From positions 170,562,001 through 170,626,000 of the forward strand of contig OX597815.1 of the NCBI GenBank assembly GCA_951406725.2: 64,000 nt of DNA, given 5' to 3'. A model generated the notes under the pieces. The model was not told the DNA's origin, made no database searches, and worked only from the letters and a program-made list of their open reading frames with translations. Position 1 is the stretch's first letter, and every line of letters starts with the position of its first letter. The DNA is from Octopus vulgaris (lineage: Eukaryota). A program made the translations under genes and the position numbers. This document shows positions 1 to 13,796 of this stretch, piece after piece.

Positions 1-71
1 GAACATAACGGCAGACGAAATAGCGGTAAGCATTTCGCTCTGTGTGCTAACGACGCTGCAGGCTCGCTGCC
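1..71 (-). mobile_element. SINE family A, 5' (tRNA-like head) part, cut by window edge
   Basis: Reverse complement matches the head of the other copies (ggc.gcgagc.gcag..cgttagca...gaaatgctta.cg.tatttcgtctgccgtta.gttc). Confidence 0.75.
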
Positions 72-748
72 CTGTTAAATCATATATTATGCACTGTATT
101 GTATTTTGTTATGTGTGTTCCTCTGGTCCGCGAGACAATTTTTTTGCAGGAAACCAATTCATTGTATAAGAGAGGTCGAGAACTGCTACTATAAGCCACA
201 AATCTATTCGTGGAGAGAAAGTTGCGTAGTATATCAATAAAGATTAGTCAGTAAGTCCTAACCATGTTGCCCACTATGCGATAGAAACCTGCAAAATATA
301 AACATTGTATTTAATTTTCAGATTGACACAGAAGTTAGTTTTATATTGAAAGTTTTTAAATTGTCAAATTATATACCATATTTTACATTGTTACAATATC
401 GCATTACGAGAGATGCTTCCAATCAGATATTTATTCGAATAGTAAATTTAAAATAAATAGATGGATTAGCAAAAAGAATGAGAGTAAGTAAAGGGAGAAA
501 ATGGAAAAAGATAAGAGTAAAGCAAAAGATGCTAACAAATATTAATACACAGAATTGAAAATATGAGAATAAATCAGATAATTTATAGCTTTTTAATATT
601 ATGAAAATGTAATTACGTACGACTTCATTTCTGATTTTAAAACAACATATTAAAATATTGCTAAAAAAAATTTAAATGTGTTAATTTAGCAAATTATTAC
701 TGACGCATACACAGAACATATATAAACATTCGCATATACATACATTTA

Positions 749-995
<247 letters not shown>

Positions 996-1034
996 AGAGA
1001 GAATCTATGTAGTGTTCATTTATATATGTGAATA

Positions 1035-1180
1035 TGGCTCTGTGGTTAACTTAAGAATTTCGCTTGGTATCAGAAATGATTTGGGTTCAGTCCCTGAGAA
1101 TGTTGCCTTCAGCAACAATCTTAAACGTAGTTCTGGGACAATAAATGCCTTGTGAGCATACGGATGTTCTGCAGAAGCCA
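1035..1180 (+). mobile_element. Degenerate 5' part of SINE family B
   Basis: tggctctgtggtt...gggttcagtccc...gccttgtgag...agaagcc aligns with the head of the 52877 copy. Confidence 0.55.
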
Positions 1181-1907
1181 CTCATATTCTAGAGATGAAA
1201 TGTATAAAAGAAAGAGACGAGTTTATTGCATGGAAAGAAGACACTCCTGGACACGTGTTTCTGCTTCACTAACTCTCGAGCCACAAGCAAGTTATACATA
1301 GATTTAAATTCATCAGTGGAGCATATATAGGAAATCTAGTTGTAGATCCAAATCACTCACACATATATGGTACTGCAAAAAATATTGTATTTATTCACCG
1401 CAGAAATAATACATAAGAAGGTATGTTAGACTGACTATTTAGCACTCTTGAGATGAATACATAGCTTAATAGCTTATAGAAATACTGTTAAATAGAAAAA
1501 TAAACTTATGGTAGTTGATTGTAACCTCTCGAATTATTGAATTATACAGAGAAAGCTACATAGAAATTATATTATTAATATCATCAAATACCAGATAGTG
1601 AAGTTCTGAAACACGATAAATGTTACTTGGTCAAAAGCAATAAAAATCCGAACAGATGATGTTTAAACATATTAAAATTAATATTATTGTCTGTTTATAA
1701 AAGAACCAAATGGTAACTAAGGTAATGCTTAGAAGAATGTTTCCAAAAAGTTTCAAGAAGTTTAAATCCATTCAGTAAACGATTATGAGGTGATTAAGTG
1801 AAAGAAACTCTTCTCTAAAATACGTTGATCACGAAGATTGATACATTTGATCACGAAGATTCATACATTCATTTAGAACTTATTTTGTCAATATTTGACC
1901 TCATCGA

Positions 1908-2100
1908 GGCGGGGAGCTGGCAGAATCCTTAGTGCTATTTCGTCTGTCTTTACGTTCTGAGTTCAAATTCCGCCGAGGTCGACTTTGCCTGTCATCCTTT
2001 TGGGGTCGATAAATTAAGTACCAGTTGCGTACTGGTGTCGATCTATTCGACTGGCCCCCTTCCTACAAAATTTCTAGCTTTGTGCCTAGAGTAGCAAAGA
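1908..2100 (+). mobile_element. SINE family A (tRNA-derived; conserved central gcctttcatcctttcggggtcgataaa...aagtaccag domain, MetaSINE-like)
   Basis: A-box-like tggcagaatc, B-box gagttcaaattcc, central domain and tail shared with about 15 copies in the window. Confidence 0.9.
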
Positions 2101-2117
2101 ATATTCGACCTCATCAA

Positions 2118-2330
2118 GGCCGCGAGCTGGCAGAATCGTTAGCATGCCTGGTAAAATGTTTAGCGGTATTTCATCTGTCTTTACGTTCTGAGTTCAAATT
2201 CTGCCAAGGTCGACTTTGCCTTTCATCCTTTCGGGGTTGATAAAGTAAGTACCATTGTGTACTGGGTTCGATCTAATCGACTGGCCCCCTCCCCCAAAAT
2301 TTCGGGCCTTGTGCATAGAGTATGACAGAA
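2118..2330 (+). mobile_element. SINE family A, second copy in tandem
   Basis: Full head-to-tail copy. The sequence aatattygacctcat recurs at 1890, 2100 and 2329. Confidence 0.9.
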
Positions 2331-4085
2331 TATTTGATCCTCATTGAGATTGGAATAAAGAAGTTAAAGGAATGAGACTAAATATCCAAGACATCATCGG
2401 CATTCTACCAAATTAGATGTTCGCATATTTTGAAGATTGTTATAATTGTACAATTCTAGCTATGTCGGCGTGTTGAAAGACAGAAGAACCTCATCGAGCT
2501 CGGAAAGTATGACGTTAAGGGAATAAGTATATTTCTAGTAATGGCATTCTGCCCAGTTATCTATAGATTCTACAATTTATCACTTTCCATAACGGATATT
2601 ACTAAGATAGATAAATCAACACCGTCGTGTTTTATCACTATAATCAGAAATATTAATCAACATTTAAAAATAATAATGGAAAAAAATTAATATACAGAAA
2701 GACATTAAATAGTAGATAATAAAACACATACACGCGCGCGAACGCACACGCACACACACAGACACATGTATGTATGCATGAATGTATGTATATACTTGAA
2801 ATTTGGAAACTAATTAACACAAAAATTGAATAAATCACTCAATCCAATGAATCATAGAGAACGACATGTTTATAGAAAACGGAAATAGAATAATTTCGAA
2901 ATGGAAATAAATTTGTACAGAAATAAACCAAACTCACAAAACTGAAATACAATAAGGATCTCTTGATATGTGATACGCTGAGATGAAAAGCTTCAAATAA
3001 CTGAGGTTATCTTTATAATTTGTTGACAAAATGTCCTCCAGTTTTATTAAAAATCTACGAATAACAATCTAGGGACGTAACTTCTAGTGTGATGAGATTA
3101 CAGCAATTTTTGGAAATATAGACTGTGTGAGTTTGGATCTGGTGTTTAAAGGCCAAATATTATAAGCAACTGACACATTTCAGGCTGTTAAGCTCTCAGT
3201 GAAATATATCCTGGGCAGGTGCCACAGCTAAAAGGTATATGAAACACTACTGCATTTGAATTTAGGATGCAGATTGATCAGGTGAGATTTGAAATAACTT
3301 TTCTCATACGAGAGGTTTTATTCAACAGTCGAAAGTAGGAAATCTCAGTTTATTTTTCCAGGGAATTAGATCAGTTGATGTACATTCTTACTAGATTGGC
3401 AGAGTTGTAAAGAGAATCTTTGTTATGAGCATCAAACAATGAAGGTGGAGTTTCGGTTCATAATCTGCTAGTCTATCTATATGACAATATGCTCTCAACT
3501 ATATGTAGGTGTAAACATGTGTGGGCGTCTTCATATGTATACCCAACCATATGCATTAAGCGCTATCGCAATATATATTTACTTGCAATCTTTTATATTT
3601 TGTCATGTTTATTGAGTTCTTTTTCATATTAAATTGCTCAGTCGATAACCTCACGGGAAATTGCATTCATAATTTTATATTATTATCTTCTAAACATTAA
3701 TACTATGAAAAATAAACGGAATTCTGTTTTCATAAATAAGTTTTTATCAAAGTAGTATTGCAGTCATAGCACTTTCGGCACCTGACAAAGATACATTTGG
3801 GATGTTAACTGAAGTAGAACGAGTAATAGAAATGTTTGTATTGATATACTCTCAGAAGGGAAATATATATATGCTGGAAGATTTTCCTATCGATATTGAC
3901 GCTATCTAATAGTGATGTTTCGCATTGCTATTAGGCTGTTGACCAGTACGATTTGTTGTTTGAAACAAATTAGGGGACAAGTTGCTTTCTCAAAACCAGA
4001 AAAATGAAAAACTTCAGACACCACAAAATGATTTTAAATTCCGAAACGAGGAGATTTTACCAAACACTTTAATGCTTTTAGCTAG

Positions 4086-4088
<3 letters not shown>

Positions 4089-4144
<56 letters not shown>
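4089..4144. repeat. (CT)n microsatellite
   Basis: Direct inspection. Confidence 0.95.
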
Positions 4145-4147
<3 letters not shown>

Positions 4148-6066
4148 GTCTCTGCTACTACACTGTTCTAATAACATCTAGAAACAGAGTCACATTTTGT
4201 AAAGCTCTTCTTACAGTTCTGTAAGTTAATAATTTCGTATTAATAACTTTCTGTTATGGCTTAATGTCCTAAAACAATTTTTTAAAATGATGAGCCGGCT
4301 TAAACCAATTCTATGCATGCTTATTTTGAAGAATTAGTAGTATCTATGGAATGAGTTAGATTCATCAAGACATCGAAATAGAGTGAGATATGTTTCTCGA
4401 AATTTACTACTATCATAATAGTATTTGCTCTGTCATTGTTATAATGAAATTAATGTTTTGCCTCTTGTGATTTATTCCTGTCATTTTAGATGAGGAATAA
4501 AAGAAGATATATTTCTAGCGTCAAAGAAAACATTCCTAGATAAAGACTTAAAAAAATAAATAATCATATTAACGATTAATAAGTAAATACGTTCCAGATG
4601 AAAAATCATTTTTCTTCAATTATGGTATTGATGATTTCTAATCAGATATTGATTTCCTAAGATTTAAGTAGTCTGGTTCTGTATAGAACGATTACAGATA
4701 ATCCTAAACTAAAGCATTGTCTAAGTTATCTTTATAAAATACGTATTTGGTTTGACAAAATAACGTGTATACAAGACAAAAACGTTAGGATAATCATGCG
4801 CTAGAGAACAATATTGTATGGAAATAGATTGAGATTTAATAACACAACTACCCACACACCCACACATCCACACACCCAAACATATCCAAACACCCAAACA
4901 CACACACACATACACACACACATACTGATGGGTGATAAATATAGGTGATAAATAACATATAGGCGATAAATAACACGGTACGCTATAGTAAATAAAGCTG
5001 CGGATAAATATTTCGACAGCAACGTTCCAAATAATAGGAATGTCGAATGGACAGGTAATACTTTATTGTAAATCGATATTGTAGGCGGATAACTGTTGAC
5101 TACCTGAAGTAGTAGAAAACGAATAAATGTTGAAATGTACGATGTATTAAACAAATTCAAAACAGCAACAATGTTTGAAATTATAGAGGCATTTGTTCCT
5201 GCAATACAAATGAAATATTTGCAGTCAGAAAGCAGATTGTCTCATGAGAATTATATTCCACGACTGAAGTTCGAAATAAAAGATCAAATTAAATATCTGA
5301 CATTTTTTTTACACTGTCTGCTCATTTTATTCTTTTGCATTTTTATTCCGCTATTCACATCTATCTTTGTTTATGTCTCCCCCACTGTCGCTTTTTCTCT
5401 CCTCACTCTCCTTTCTCTCTCTTTCTCTCGCTTTCTCTCTGCTTTGCACATACGCATAATGATGTTTATAATATGTAGAAAAACGCATATGAAGATTAAA
5501 ATATAGGTAACATTTGCTAAACCAGACATACACGCACAAACATAAATACTCACATAGTGACACATATACACATTCAACTTACATACTTCGAGATAGGTTT
5601 CCATTTGAAGTCTTAGAGTGGTTATATTCAACGTGCTATATAATCAGAGTAGTTTAGCCTCTAGCAACTCAGTGATACGTCAACTACAACTATACAAAAA
5701 CATCAATATGAGGGAGAAAAAAATCAGAAAAATTTACGTCTTGAAGACTTATTGCTTAATCTAGATTGTGTAGTTTATAGCTTTTACTTTGAAATGGTAA
5801 ATCATAGTAGCAAATACATTTCTGCAGGAGGGCAGACAAAAACGTTTTGAAGCTTGATGGTGTGTTCCTTTGACACGATTTTCCGATGGAGACATTGAAC
5901 TGAGCGCAGAATTACCCTGAAACGAGGCGGGCTGAATAAGCCTGAAATATTTTTAAAGTTTTAAATATTATTTCATGTAGCAGTAAAGATACATGTTTAT
6001 GTACGAAGGTAGACACAAATACACACTTTGGGAATAATTACATATAATCGTTGCAAGAAATATTTC

Positions 6067-7110
6067 GGATCTTTCCACATACGAGGAACCTTGGTAGATT
6101 TTGATGATAATTTATGGAATACATCTGATGCTCCAAATGCGTTTGATATTGATGTGACATCATTTGATTCTGCACAAGTAACTGACCTCGCAGGAATTTA
6201 CATCTCCTATCCCAGATACAATTATATATTCCTGGACTATATTCCTAGAAGGCTATACAGAGATGACGCGTTATTCTTCCTACATAAATGTAGCAAAGTA
6301 CAGCGCGAAAAGAACGAAAACATCTCTATTTAAGTTTTTTTTTAAATAATGGACTCTACATAACTATAATCAATGAATACCGTAGAGTCAACCTCTTAGA
6401 TAATACTTTTAATTTGGATACCGGTCTACACAAACAGTTTCATAAATCTAATGAGAACCTAAAATAACATCAAGGTTGGATCTAATCATCCACCATCAAT
6501 AAATAGGGGACTCGTAAATAACGTCTCGGCTACAATATACAGGTTGTCCGCAAATGAAAATACATCCGACATACACGCACCTTATTATAACTCAGCTTTA
6601 GCTAACGCCAGATACCATGAGAAAATCTAATATTGCAGTAGTAGTAGTAATAATAATAACTCTTATAACTCAACTTGTAATAATACGATTCATTAAAACA
6701 ACCTTACGAAACACAACAATAGCTATACACACGAAGTTAAAAATCTAGATAATAGAATCCCAAGCCATAAGATGAGACTAACCAAATCCAGATACATTAG
6801 AATCAACCATGAGTTAGGGAAAACTTGTAATAAAGAACAAATTAAACACCTAACGCCCAAAAATCCAGTTGACTCTCCAAACACCCAGATAAACAGACCT
6901 AACTGAAAATATAAAAACCATGACGTCCTTTGGTATAACACAATGTGGAACTCCAGCATCTCAATTTTTTACCGCACTTAATCGCTGCTTCCCTAAAAAT
7001 GGAGTGTACAGCAAATTATTCAACCATCACACTATAAACTATCCTATGCAAATTCATCAAACTTAGAGCAGAATATTCATAGGATTAACAACCGTAAACT
7101 TAGGCGAAGA
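6067..7110 (+). mobile_element. Decayed Penelope-like element: RT core, thumb and linker
   Basis: Translations across frameshifts give AFDIDVTSFDSAQVTDLAGIY (cf. FDVTMGSFDGAEVCELVGLY), LYRDDALF (catalytic YRDD), VNLLDNTFNL, SNHPPSI, YYNSALANA, DVLWYN, and CFPKNGVYSKLFNHHTI..SY. These are typical PLE RT/linker motifs. Multiple stops. Confidence 0.85.
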
Positions 7111-7594
7111 TTAGTCAGTACTCAAAATAACCTTCTCGACATCAACTATTACTCATATGACCAACCTAAAGCCAACATTTATAACTCGAATTATACTACC
7201 AAAAAACAGAGCAATAATTCCAATATTCATGATAACCATCCAAACATAACACCAACAACTATTCAAATAATAAACTGAGAACACCTAGTAATAATAAAAC
7301 GATAATTTTGACAAGCATACCGAACAGAACCAACTGCTCTCGACCAGAAGCAATTTTAAATATCTCTATTTATTCTGAAACCTAACATCTGAAGATGTTA
7401 ACTTCTCTGACGCTCATGCATATCGAGTAACGTGCAACGTAGTCAAACTGCGTTGAAATATATATCGCTCCATGTAAATGTGTTGAGTGCTACTTTTTCA
7501 TCGTTACCGCAATTTCGTTGGTCATGCTTATCGCTCTGAGTGGCACAAAGTTGTCCAAGAATGCAAACCAGTTTTGGTATTGTTTCAGGCGAAA

Positions 7595-7695
7595 TACGAA
7601 CTGAAAAATAATATTTCATCATAATACCTGAAATGAAATGTCGTCTTAATATATTGTTCTCAAATGATTAAGTATTTAGCACACTTCCTGAATGA
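7595..7695 (-). mobile_element. Terminal fragment of a putative Tc1/mariner-type DNA transposon (inverted copy of 9339-9437)
   Basis: About 72 bp are closely similar to the reverse complement of 9366-9437. Confidence 0.45.
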
Positions 7696-7823
7696 AGAGT
7701 TTCTATTTGTAACTGTTTTAAAATCAAAATTCATTATTATCACATCCTATTTGTATTATGCTTCACTAATATGTTAACCATATATGACAGTTATCAAATG
7801 GTACACGCACATGTATGTATATA

Positions 7824-8325
7824 TGTACGAGAGTGAAGAGAAGTGTAGAGGGGGCAGAAGGGAAGGAAAAAGATTTAAAGAGATGGAGAGCATGGTTAGT
7901 TTCAAGGATGCTGGAGGTGAAGAGAGGAAGCCACAGGTGGGGCAAGGACACGTTCGAGGTATTTAGAGATCAATTCCGTTGGTGCAGTTACAGGCCGAGA
8001 CGATGGGACGGTTAGGGTTGTTAAGCTTATGGATTTTGGGATGGAAGTAAATTTAGGGATGCGTCGTGTGAGCACAATTATGTTGGCGACGGTGGGAGGG
8101 AGTCGGGAGGAGGAGATAAGTTCATGGATTGTGGAGGAGACAGTCTGTTGGTAGTCAGGCGTGAGGGTGGAGTGCAGAGGGCAATATAATGAAGTGTCTT
8201 GAAGTTGGCGAAGGGCTTCACCCTGGCTGATGTCTGCGCGGCACACCACCATGACTCCAGCCTTGTCGGCCGGTTTTATGATGCTGTATTTGCGGCATTG
8301 GAGACACTGAAGCGCCGAGAGTTAG
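7824..8325 (-). mobile_element. Decayed Penelope-like element (second lineage), RT N-terminal part
   Basis: IKPADKAGVMVV, EALRQLQDTSLY, PKIHKLNNP.RPIVSAC..PTELISKYL, ETNHALHLFKSFSF read across frameshifts. This is the classic IKPADKG...LPKIHK...RPIVS PLE pattern. Confidence 0.85.
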
Positions 8326-8397
8326 GCCGGGTAGTTGTTAAAATGTCGGATATCGTGGTCGCCTGCACAAGTTAAGCCGGTCCACAACACGTTGGCA

Positions 8398-8515
8398 TGT
8401 CGAAACGTAAAAGACTTTTTCACTTTCCCGAGCGTCAAAATAATACACCTGCTTGTTGTTCAAACACCTGTCTTCGTCTTTTGCTATTTTTTAAAATAAA
8501 TTTCATCTATATATG
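8398..8515 (+). mobile_element. Penelope-type terminal (pLTR-like) repeat fragment
   Basis: cgaaacgtaaaagactttttcac...gagcgt.aaa.taatacacctg.ttgttgtt...acacctgtcttcgtctttt is shared with the minus-strand copy at 56806-56995. The PLE assignment is inference. Confidence 0.55.
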
Positions 8516-8738
8516 TACATACATACGTAAATGACGAAGAGAGTGGTTTTATGGAAACTTGTATGCCACAAAATTGTGCATACTCGTATTGTTGATACAG
8601 TGTTGAAGCTTGCAACATTTAGTCAAATATAATAAACGGAGAGTAGAAGCTTCGAAACTGCACGAGTGGCCCAGAGTTTCTAGCTGTGAGGAGGTGAATG
8701 AGACTCGCGGTATTTTATCATAATTAATTGCAATACCA

Positions 8739-8949
8739 AATCAGCTAGCTGGCAGAAACGTCAGCACGCCGGGCGAAATGCTTAGCGGTTTTTCGTCTGT
8801 CTTTACGTTCTGAGTTCAGATTCGGCCGAGGTCTACTTTGCCTTTCATCCTTTCGGGGTCGATTGATTAAGTAATAGTTGCATACTGGGGCCGATCTAAT
8901 CGACTGGTCCCATCCCCCGAAATTTTGGGCCTTGTGCCTAGAGTAGAAA
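8739..8949 (+). mobile_element. SINE family A with perfect 19-bp TSD
   Basis: TSD ataattaattgcaatacca at 8720-8738 and 8950-8968. Confidence 0.93.
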
Positions 8950-9338
8950 ATAATTAATTGCAATACCACTATAAAGAGTAATGAATACTATAAGCAGATT
9001 TGTAAACCAGAGTTATGTTCGTAGGTTATATATTCATTCGCGTGTGGTTTTATTGTTATATTCGAAGCTCTACATCGAAGAAGTCAAATTGATAGTGATT
9101 ACGATAGAGTAAAGTAAAGAGTAGCTTTGAAGTATGTGAGAAACCTTATAATAAATTAATGTTTTAACGAGGCGAAAAATATGAAAATTGTCAATTACAA
9201 GAGCGATCAAGTGGGGTTATAATTGTATGTATGTACACGCTTGCGCTCAAAAATAGACACATACACACAGACACATACAGACTCAATTACACACGCACCC
9301 ACTGACACTGCACATAATTCATTGCTTAGCGTAATATA

Positions 9339-9437
9339 CAGTCGAGGAGGTCGGAAAAACTACTGTCATTTGAGAACATTATATTAAGACGACATTTTAA
9401 TTCAGGTATTTGATAAAATATTATTTCTCAGTTCGTA
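9339..9437 (+). mobile_element. Putative Tc1/mariner-type left terminus
   Basis: Begins TA|CAGTCGAGG (TA plus CAGT start typical of Tc1 TIRs). An inverted homolog lies at 7595-7695. Confidence 0.45.
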
Positions 9438-9719
9438 TTATAGGTAAGTGGCATTTTCTGGAAGGTATGATATAGAGACATACGAGTTTATTTTCATTTT
9501 TTATCATTTAGTTGTTTCCCTCATTGGAGTGTGGTCGTGCTGTTCATATATTTATGTTAAATGACCACCAACAAAATGGAAACTTATACTTAACTTAGCT
9601 GTGAATTGTTAACTGCAAAGAACGCAGACAAAATGTCTTTTTGTTAATGTTTAACTCAATACGTAGATAATCTTTTTACTTTTCTCCCTTGATATTAATA
9701 TATATATATATATACACAC

Positions 9720-9800
9720 ATGCGAAAAATTGCTGAAAAGTTCCCGGCCTTATGGGTATCACGAAAGGCCTGGCTGGAAGCCCAAATTCGGTTTTTTGAG
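9720..9800 (+). mobile_element. Possible mariner TIR remnant
   Basis: tgctgaaaagttcc.ggc resembles mariner-type terminal sequence (recognised from memory). No partner end was found. Confidence 0.35.
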
Positions 9801-10497
9801 CATGGTACTGAGATTTCAGGGAGATTATTTTTGCGATTATTGTGTAATACCTATATACGAACACACGAAGATACCTTGCTGGGTGTAGCATATAGAAAGG
9901 AAGTCTGAGAGTTAGCTTAGAAAGGAATAACATTCTTTTAGTGAACCGCATAACGAGTAAATAATCTATGGAGCCAACATGATCCAGTGAGTTATCAGAG
10001 ATACACTTTTACATATAACGTAATTGAAAAATCTAAGCTTCAATTATCATAGCTACTTTTCATAGCTTTGCTATGCGAGTTTGAGATGCAATATTGCAAT
10101 GTAATATTTTTGCTAGTCGTTAATTCATACATAGGAGATTAGCAATGTTCTTTTCCGCTATCATAATTTACAATGATATAATACCAGCTTTGCCAAATAG
10201 ACTAATTTACTTGTATTGATATAATTTACCAGATATCGAAACGAGATTACAAAGCTATTCCTAGGCATTAGCACAAACAGAAGACAAATTGAAAATGTTA
10301 TTCTTATTGACATTCTGACCAAGAAATTTACAGTGATGTAATTTCGTTGTCATTGTTCGAAGTTCAAACCACTGAAAATGATAATTACGAAGCAAGCAAA
10401 ACACAGCATGATGCGCTAACTTTATTTCAAGTATGGACTTGCGCGAAATATTTGCAGTTCTCAAGACAACTATAGATACCTAGAAATAATTCTTTCT

Positions 10498-10553
10498 TTC
10501 TTCTTCTTCTTCTTCTTCTTCTTCTTCTTCTTCTTCTTCTTCTTCTTCTTCTT

Positions 10554-10604
<51 letters not shown>
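10498..10604. repeat. Compound (TTC)n(TTA)n microsatellite
   Basis: Direct inspection. It is the source of the poly-I/poly-R ORF. Confidence 0.95.
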
Positions 10605-11118
10605 GCTGTTGTTATTAATTTGTTTCCATTCAAGGTTGTCACAAAACGAATATCATGGTACATCATATTCGTCACGATATCATGTCTGCATTTTAAATTT
10701 TTTGTTTGAAAATTATTTCCGTTTTGCACACAGCTACACACATACATGCGTTTACTTACACATGGGAGTTATACACATAGACACTTATATTCATATACTA
10801 GGTGCACATTCACACACACACACAATGACACAGACACACATGTTCTATACAAACATGACCTAACGCTAGTTTGAACATTACATCATATTGGTTAACAGTA
10901 TTATATCTATATTATTTTTCAGTTACAAAATGCTTCATTAGCCTCACCTGTTCTCTGTTCAAAAGCTACATCTGATGTATTGCAATATATAATGTGTCTA
11001 TAGTGATATAATTTTTGTAGTTTATGAAATATTTCATAACTAGTATTAAACATAAGTGCATACCAAAGACGAATTTGGAACTGTATTCTTCTAGTATATT
11101 CTTTCCAGAATGTATATG

Positions 11119-11178
<60 letters not shown>

Positions 11179-11207
11179 TGTATAATTTTATAATTATGAG
11201 TATAATT

Positions 11208-11320
11208 ATAATTAGGATTCAGCAAAAATTTGCTTCACCATATACCGAAATTCAGAAATAGCAGTTAAAATCAACTATTTCACTACCATAAGAGCATCTC
11301 CCAGAAGAGGAATACAATAC
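11208..11320 (+). repeat. Unclassified dispersed repeat (inverted copy at 45832-45946)
   Basis: aattagg.tt.agcaa..atttgc.tcacca.a.accgaa.tt.agaaatagcagt.aaa is shared between the two loci. Confidence 0.6.
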
Positions 11321-12204
11321 TTAAAGGAATTTTCTTCGTAAATCAATATAAACTGAAAAGTTATTACTGGAGTACCACATATTTCGATCTTTGAGTCAGC
11401 GTGTTGCAAACGATGCGAAAGTACTTTTTCTCTAAAACATTTTCCTATTACATATTATCCAAAACATTAACATATATTTTCAATTGCAGTCGATATAAAA
11501 TATTAACTTATAATGTTTTTCATTTTGAACTAATTATGCGCTGCGTTGTTTTCGAAATATTTTGTTTCTCCTTAATTCAGTGCTTTTATAGGTCCATCTG
11601 TGAATCGTGACAACGATATAAGTAGTAGAACAGTAGAAATCACATTAAAAAAAATAGTTACGCAATATTTTGGATAAATTAACCGTGCTAAGTAACTGAT
11701 TTCATTTCTTGTTGCATGCCTGATTAGTAATTTACAAAGGTTCTCAAAGCGGCATGTTTTCAAATAGACAAGAATAGTTTAGAAGAATACAATGGAAAGT
11801 CGTACTAGAAGTTCGTTAGATTAGCCAATATATTGAATTTATTGGATTTGACCTATTAAAAAAAATCAAATTAAACATTATGTATCTTTTAATAACTACT
11901 TTCTGAATTCTAATCTCTCCAACGTGTTATTCGCCTTTCCTCTATTCGGAGTCTATAAAATATAATAGGAGTCAATTACAGAGGTCGATGTTATCATCCA
12001 ATCCACCACTTCACTGGATATTTTGAGCGTCGTAATTTATTTCAGAAATAATATATCTAACTTGAGTACAATACTTATACTCAAACAAATTTTCCAAAAT
12101 TCTTTGCTGTGATTAGAATATGAATGAGACATTGCGTTATCAAGGAGCGGAAATCTGATTCATGATACACTAACGTCTTCTTTACTTCCTTACATTCATT
12201 GAGC

Positions 12205-12400
12205 AAGTGGCACCTTTGGTAAATGACTTCTATTCAGTCACAGGCTGACCAAAGCCTTATTTTGGTCTTGGTAAACGGTACCTGAAAGACGTCCGTTGTA
12301 TATATAAAGTTTAATATAGGTAAGATCGCAGATAAATTCAACTAAAATGCTCTAGCTTGGCCACAGTCTTATGACTGAAATGAGTAAAAAGTAAAAGATA
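12205..12400 (+). mobile_element. Degenerate, internally deleted SINE family B
   Basis: gtggcacctttggtaaatg...gaccaaagcctt...ctgaaaga.g.ccgt.gtatata, and tail gctctagcttggccacagtcttatgactgaaa...gtaaaaagtaaaaga. Confidence 0.65.
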
Positions 12401-13592
12401 AATTCCAGTGTTAAGTAATTTATAATACTGCCCACTCAAAAAAATAAAAGTAAAGGGCAAAAAAAAATCATACGGTTATTAGCCCATTTAGAACAAATAG
12501 AGTCGCATACGCAATTGTACGATCCATCCCTGTATGAACCATCATAAAAATCGCTCTTTGTGTTTTTTGGGTGGGGTGCTATGCTAATATTTTATTTATT
12601 TGCTGAACATACTAAGGGTGCGACGGTGAAACGCCAGTCTATGAAAATGTCAGTGACCTGCAAAAGTTTGATAATGGAAGATATTGAAATCGACGCAATA
12701 TTAAAAATATTCTTCCTATCCAAATTTGCGCACTAGTGAATGAAGTACACAGCGATTTGAATAAAGCACCTCTCGAATTCTCAGCGAATAATATATTGAC
12801 AAAAAGTAAATCTAAATACTTTGTATTCAACATTACACAAAATCCAATATATGTTTGAAAGTATACATAATGATATATACAATAATAAAACTCTATAACA
12901 TTTAACTTGCATTTATATAAATATACTTATATTTCTGATATACTGGTATCTTTTAGAAAAAGAACAAAAATGTATAACAAAGAAAAATATATAAATTGAA
13001 TAGTGTCGCACTTAATAGCTTGCAAGATAATGTATATTGATTTGGAACTCATTAAATAGAATAAAAATAAACTCAACACTTCAATAAACTTTTACATTAT
13101 AAAGATGTATTTATCTGTGTATTGTCTAATAAATATCACTTTCTAATCAAACTGTAAACTAATAAATCAAACATTTTAAACACTCACTGTGAAATAAACT
13201 AAGTAGAATGTGTCAATTGGATATCAATAGATCACAATATTTAGATCATTCAATAATTTTCATATATATATATATATACATACTTACATACATACACATA
13301 TATACATATATATACTTGTATATTTATATATATAAATATATATAAATAAATATATATGTGTATATGTATGTATTTATAAACACACAAACATATATATGTA
13401 AGCATTGTAAGATGATGTTTAGATGACTATATATGATTCATATACTACTTTTAAAATTAGAAGTAGTAACTAATTCTGAACAAGCAACTTATATTTGCTG
13501 ATGTCCTCCGTTCGCAAGGGCGTACAGCATCAACTGGTTACCTCTAATAACATTGTTCAGTTTATACACTTCGTGATTTAGAAATTGTAATA

Positions 13593-13646
<54 letters not shown>

Positions 13647-13796
13647 AATATAAATATAAATATATACATATATATATATATATACATATATATATAATAT
13701 TAATTAGAGACAAAACCACTATTATGCAAATCAAACAAAGAAAGACTTAATCCAATACATAAAAAATTTTATATAAATTAAATAAAATTAAATTCG

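Noticed and set aside
1825-1868. Short tandem or near-tandem duplications (22 bp here; also near 27135, 47780 and 59780)
   Set aside because: They are ordinary slippage duplications with no further structure.
5135-5506. 123-aa ORF with a hydrophobic C-terminus (membrane protein-like)
   Set aside because: The hydrophobicity comes from a T/C-rich low-complexity tract, and I recognise no homology.
10427-10747. Protamine-like poly-Arg / poly-Ile ORF
   Set aside because: It is the reverse complement of the (TTC)n(TTA)n microsatellite.
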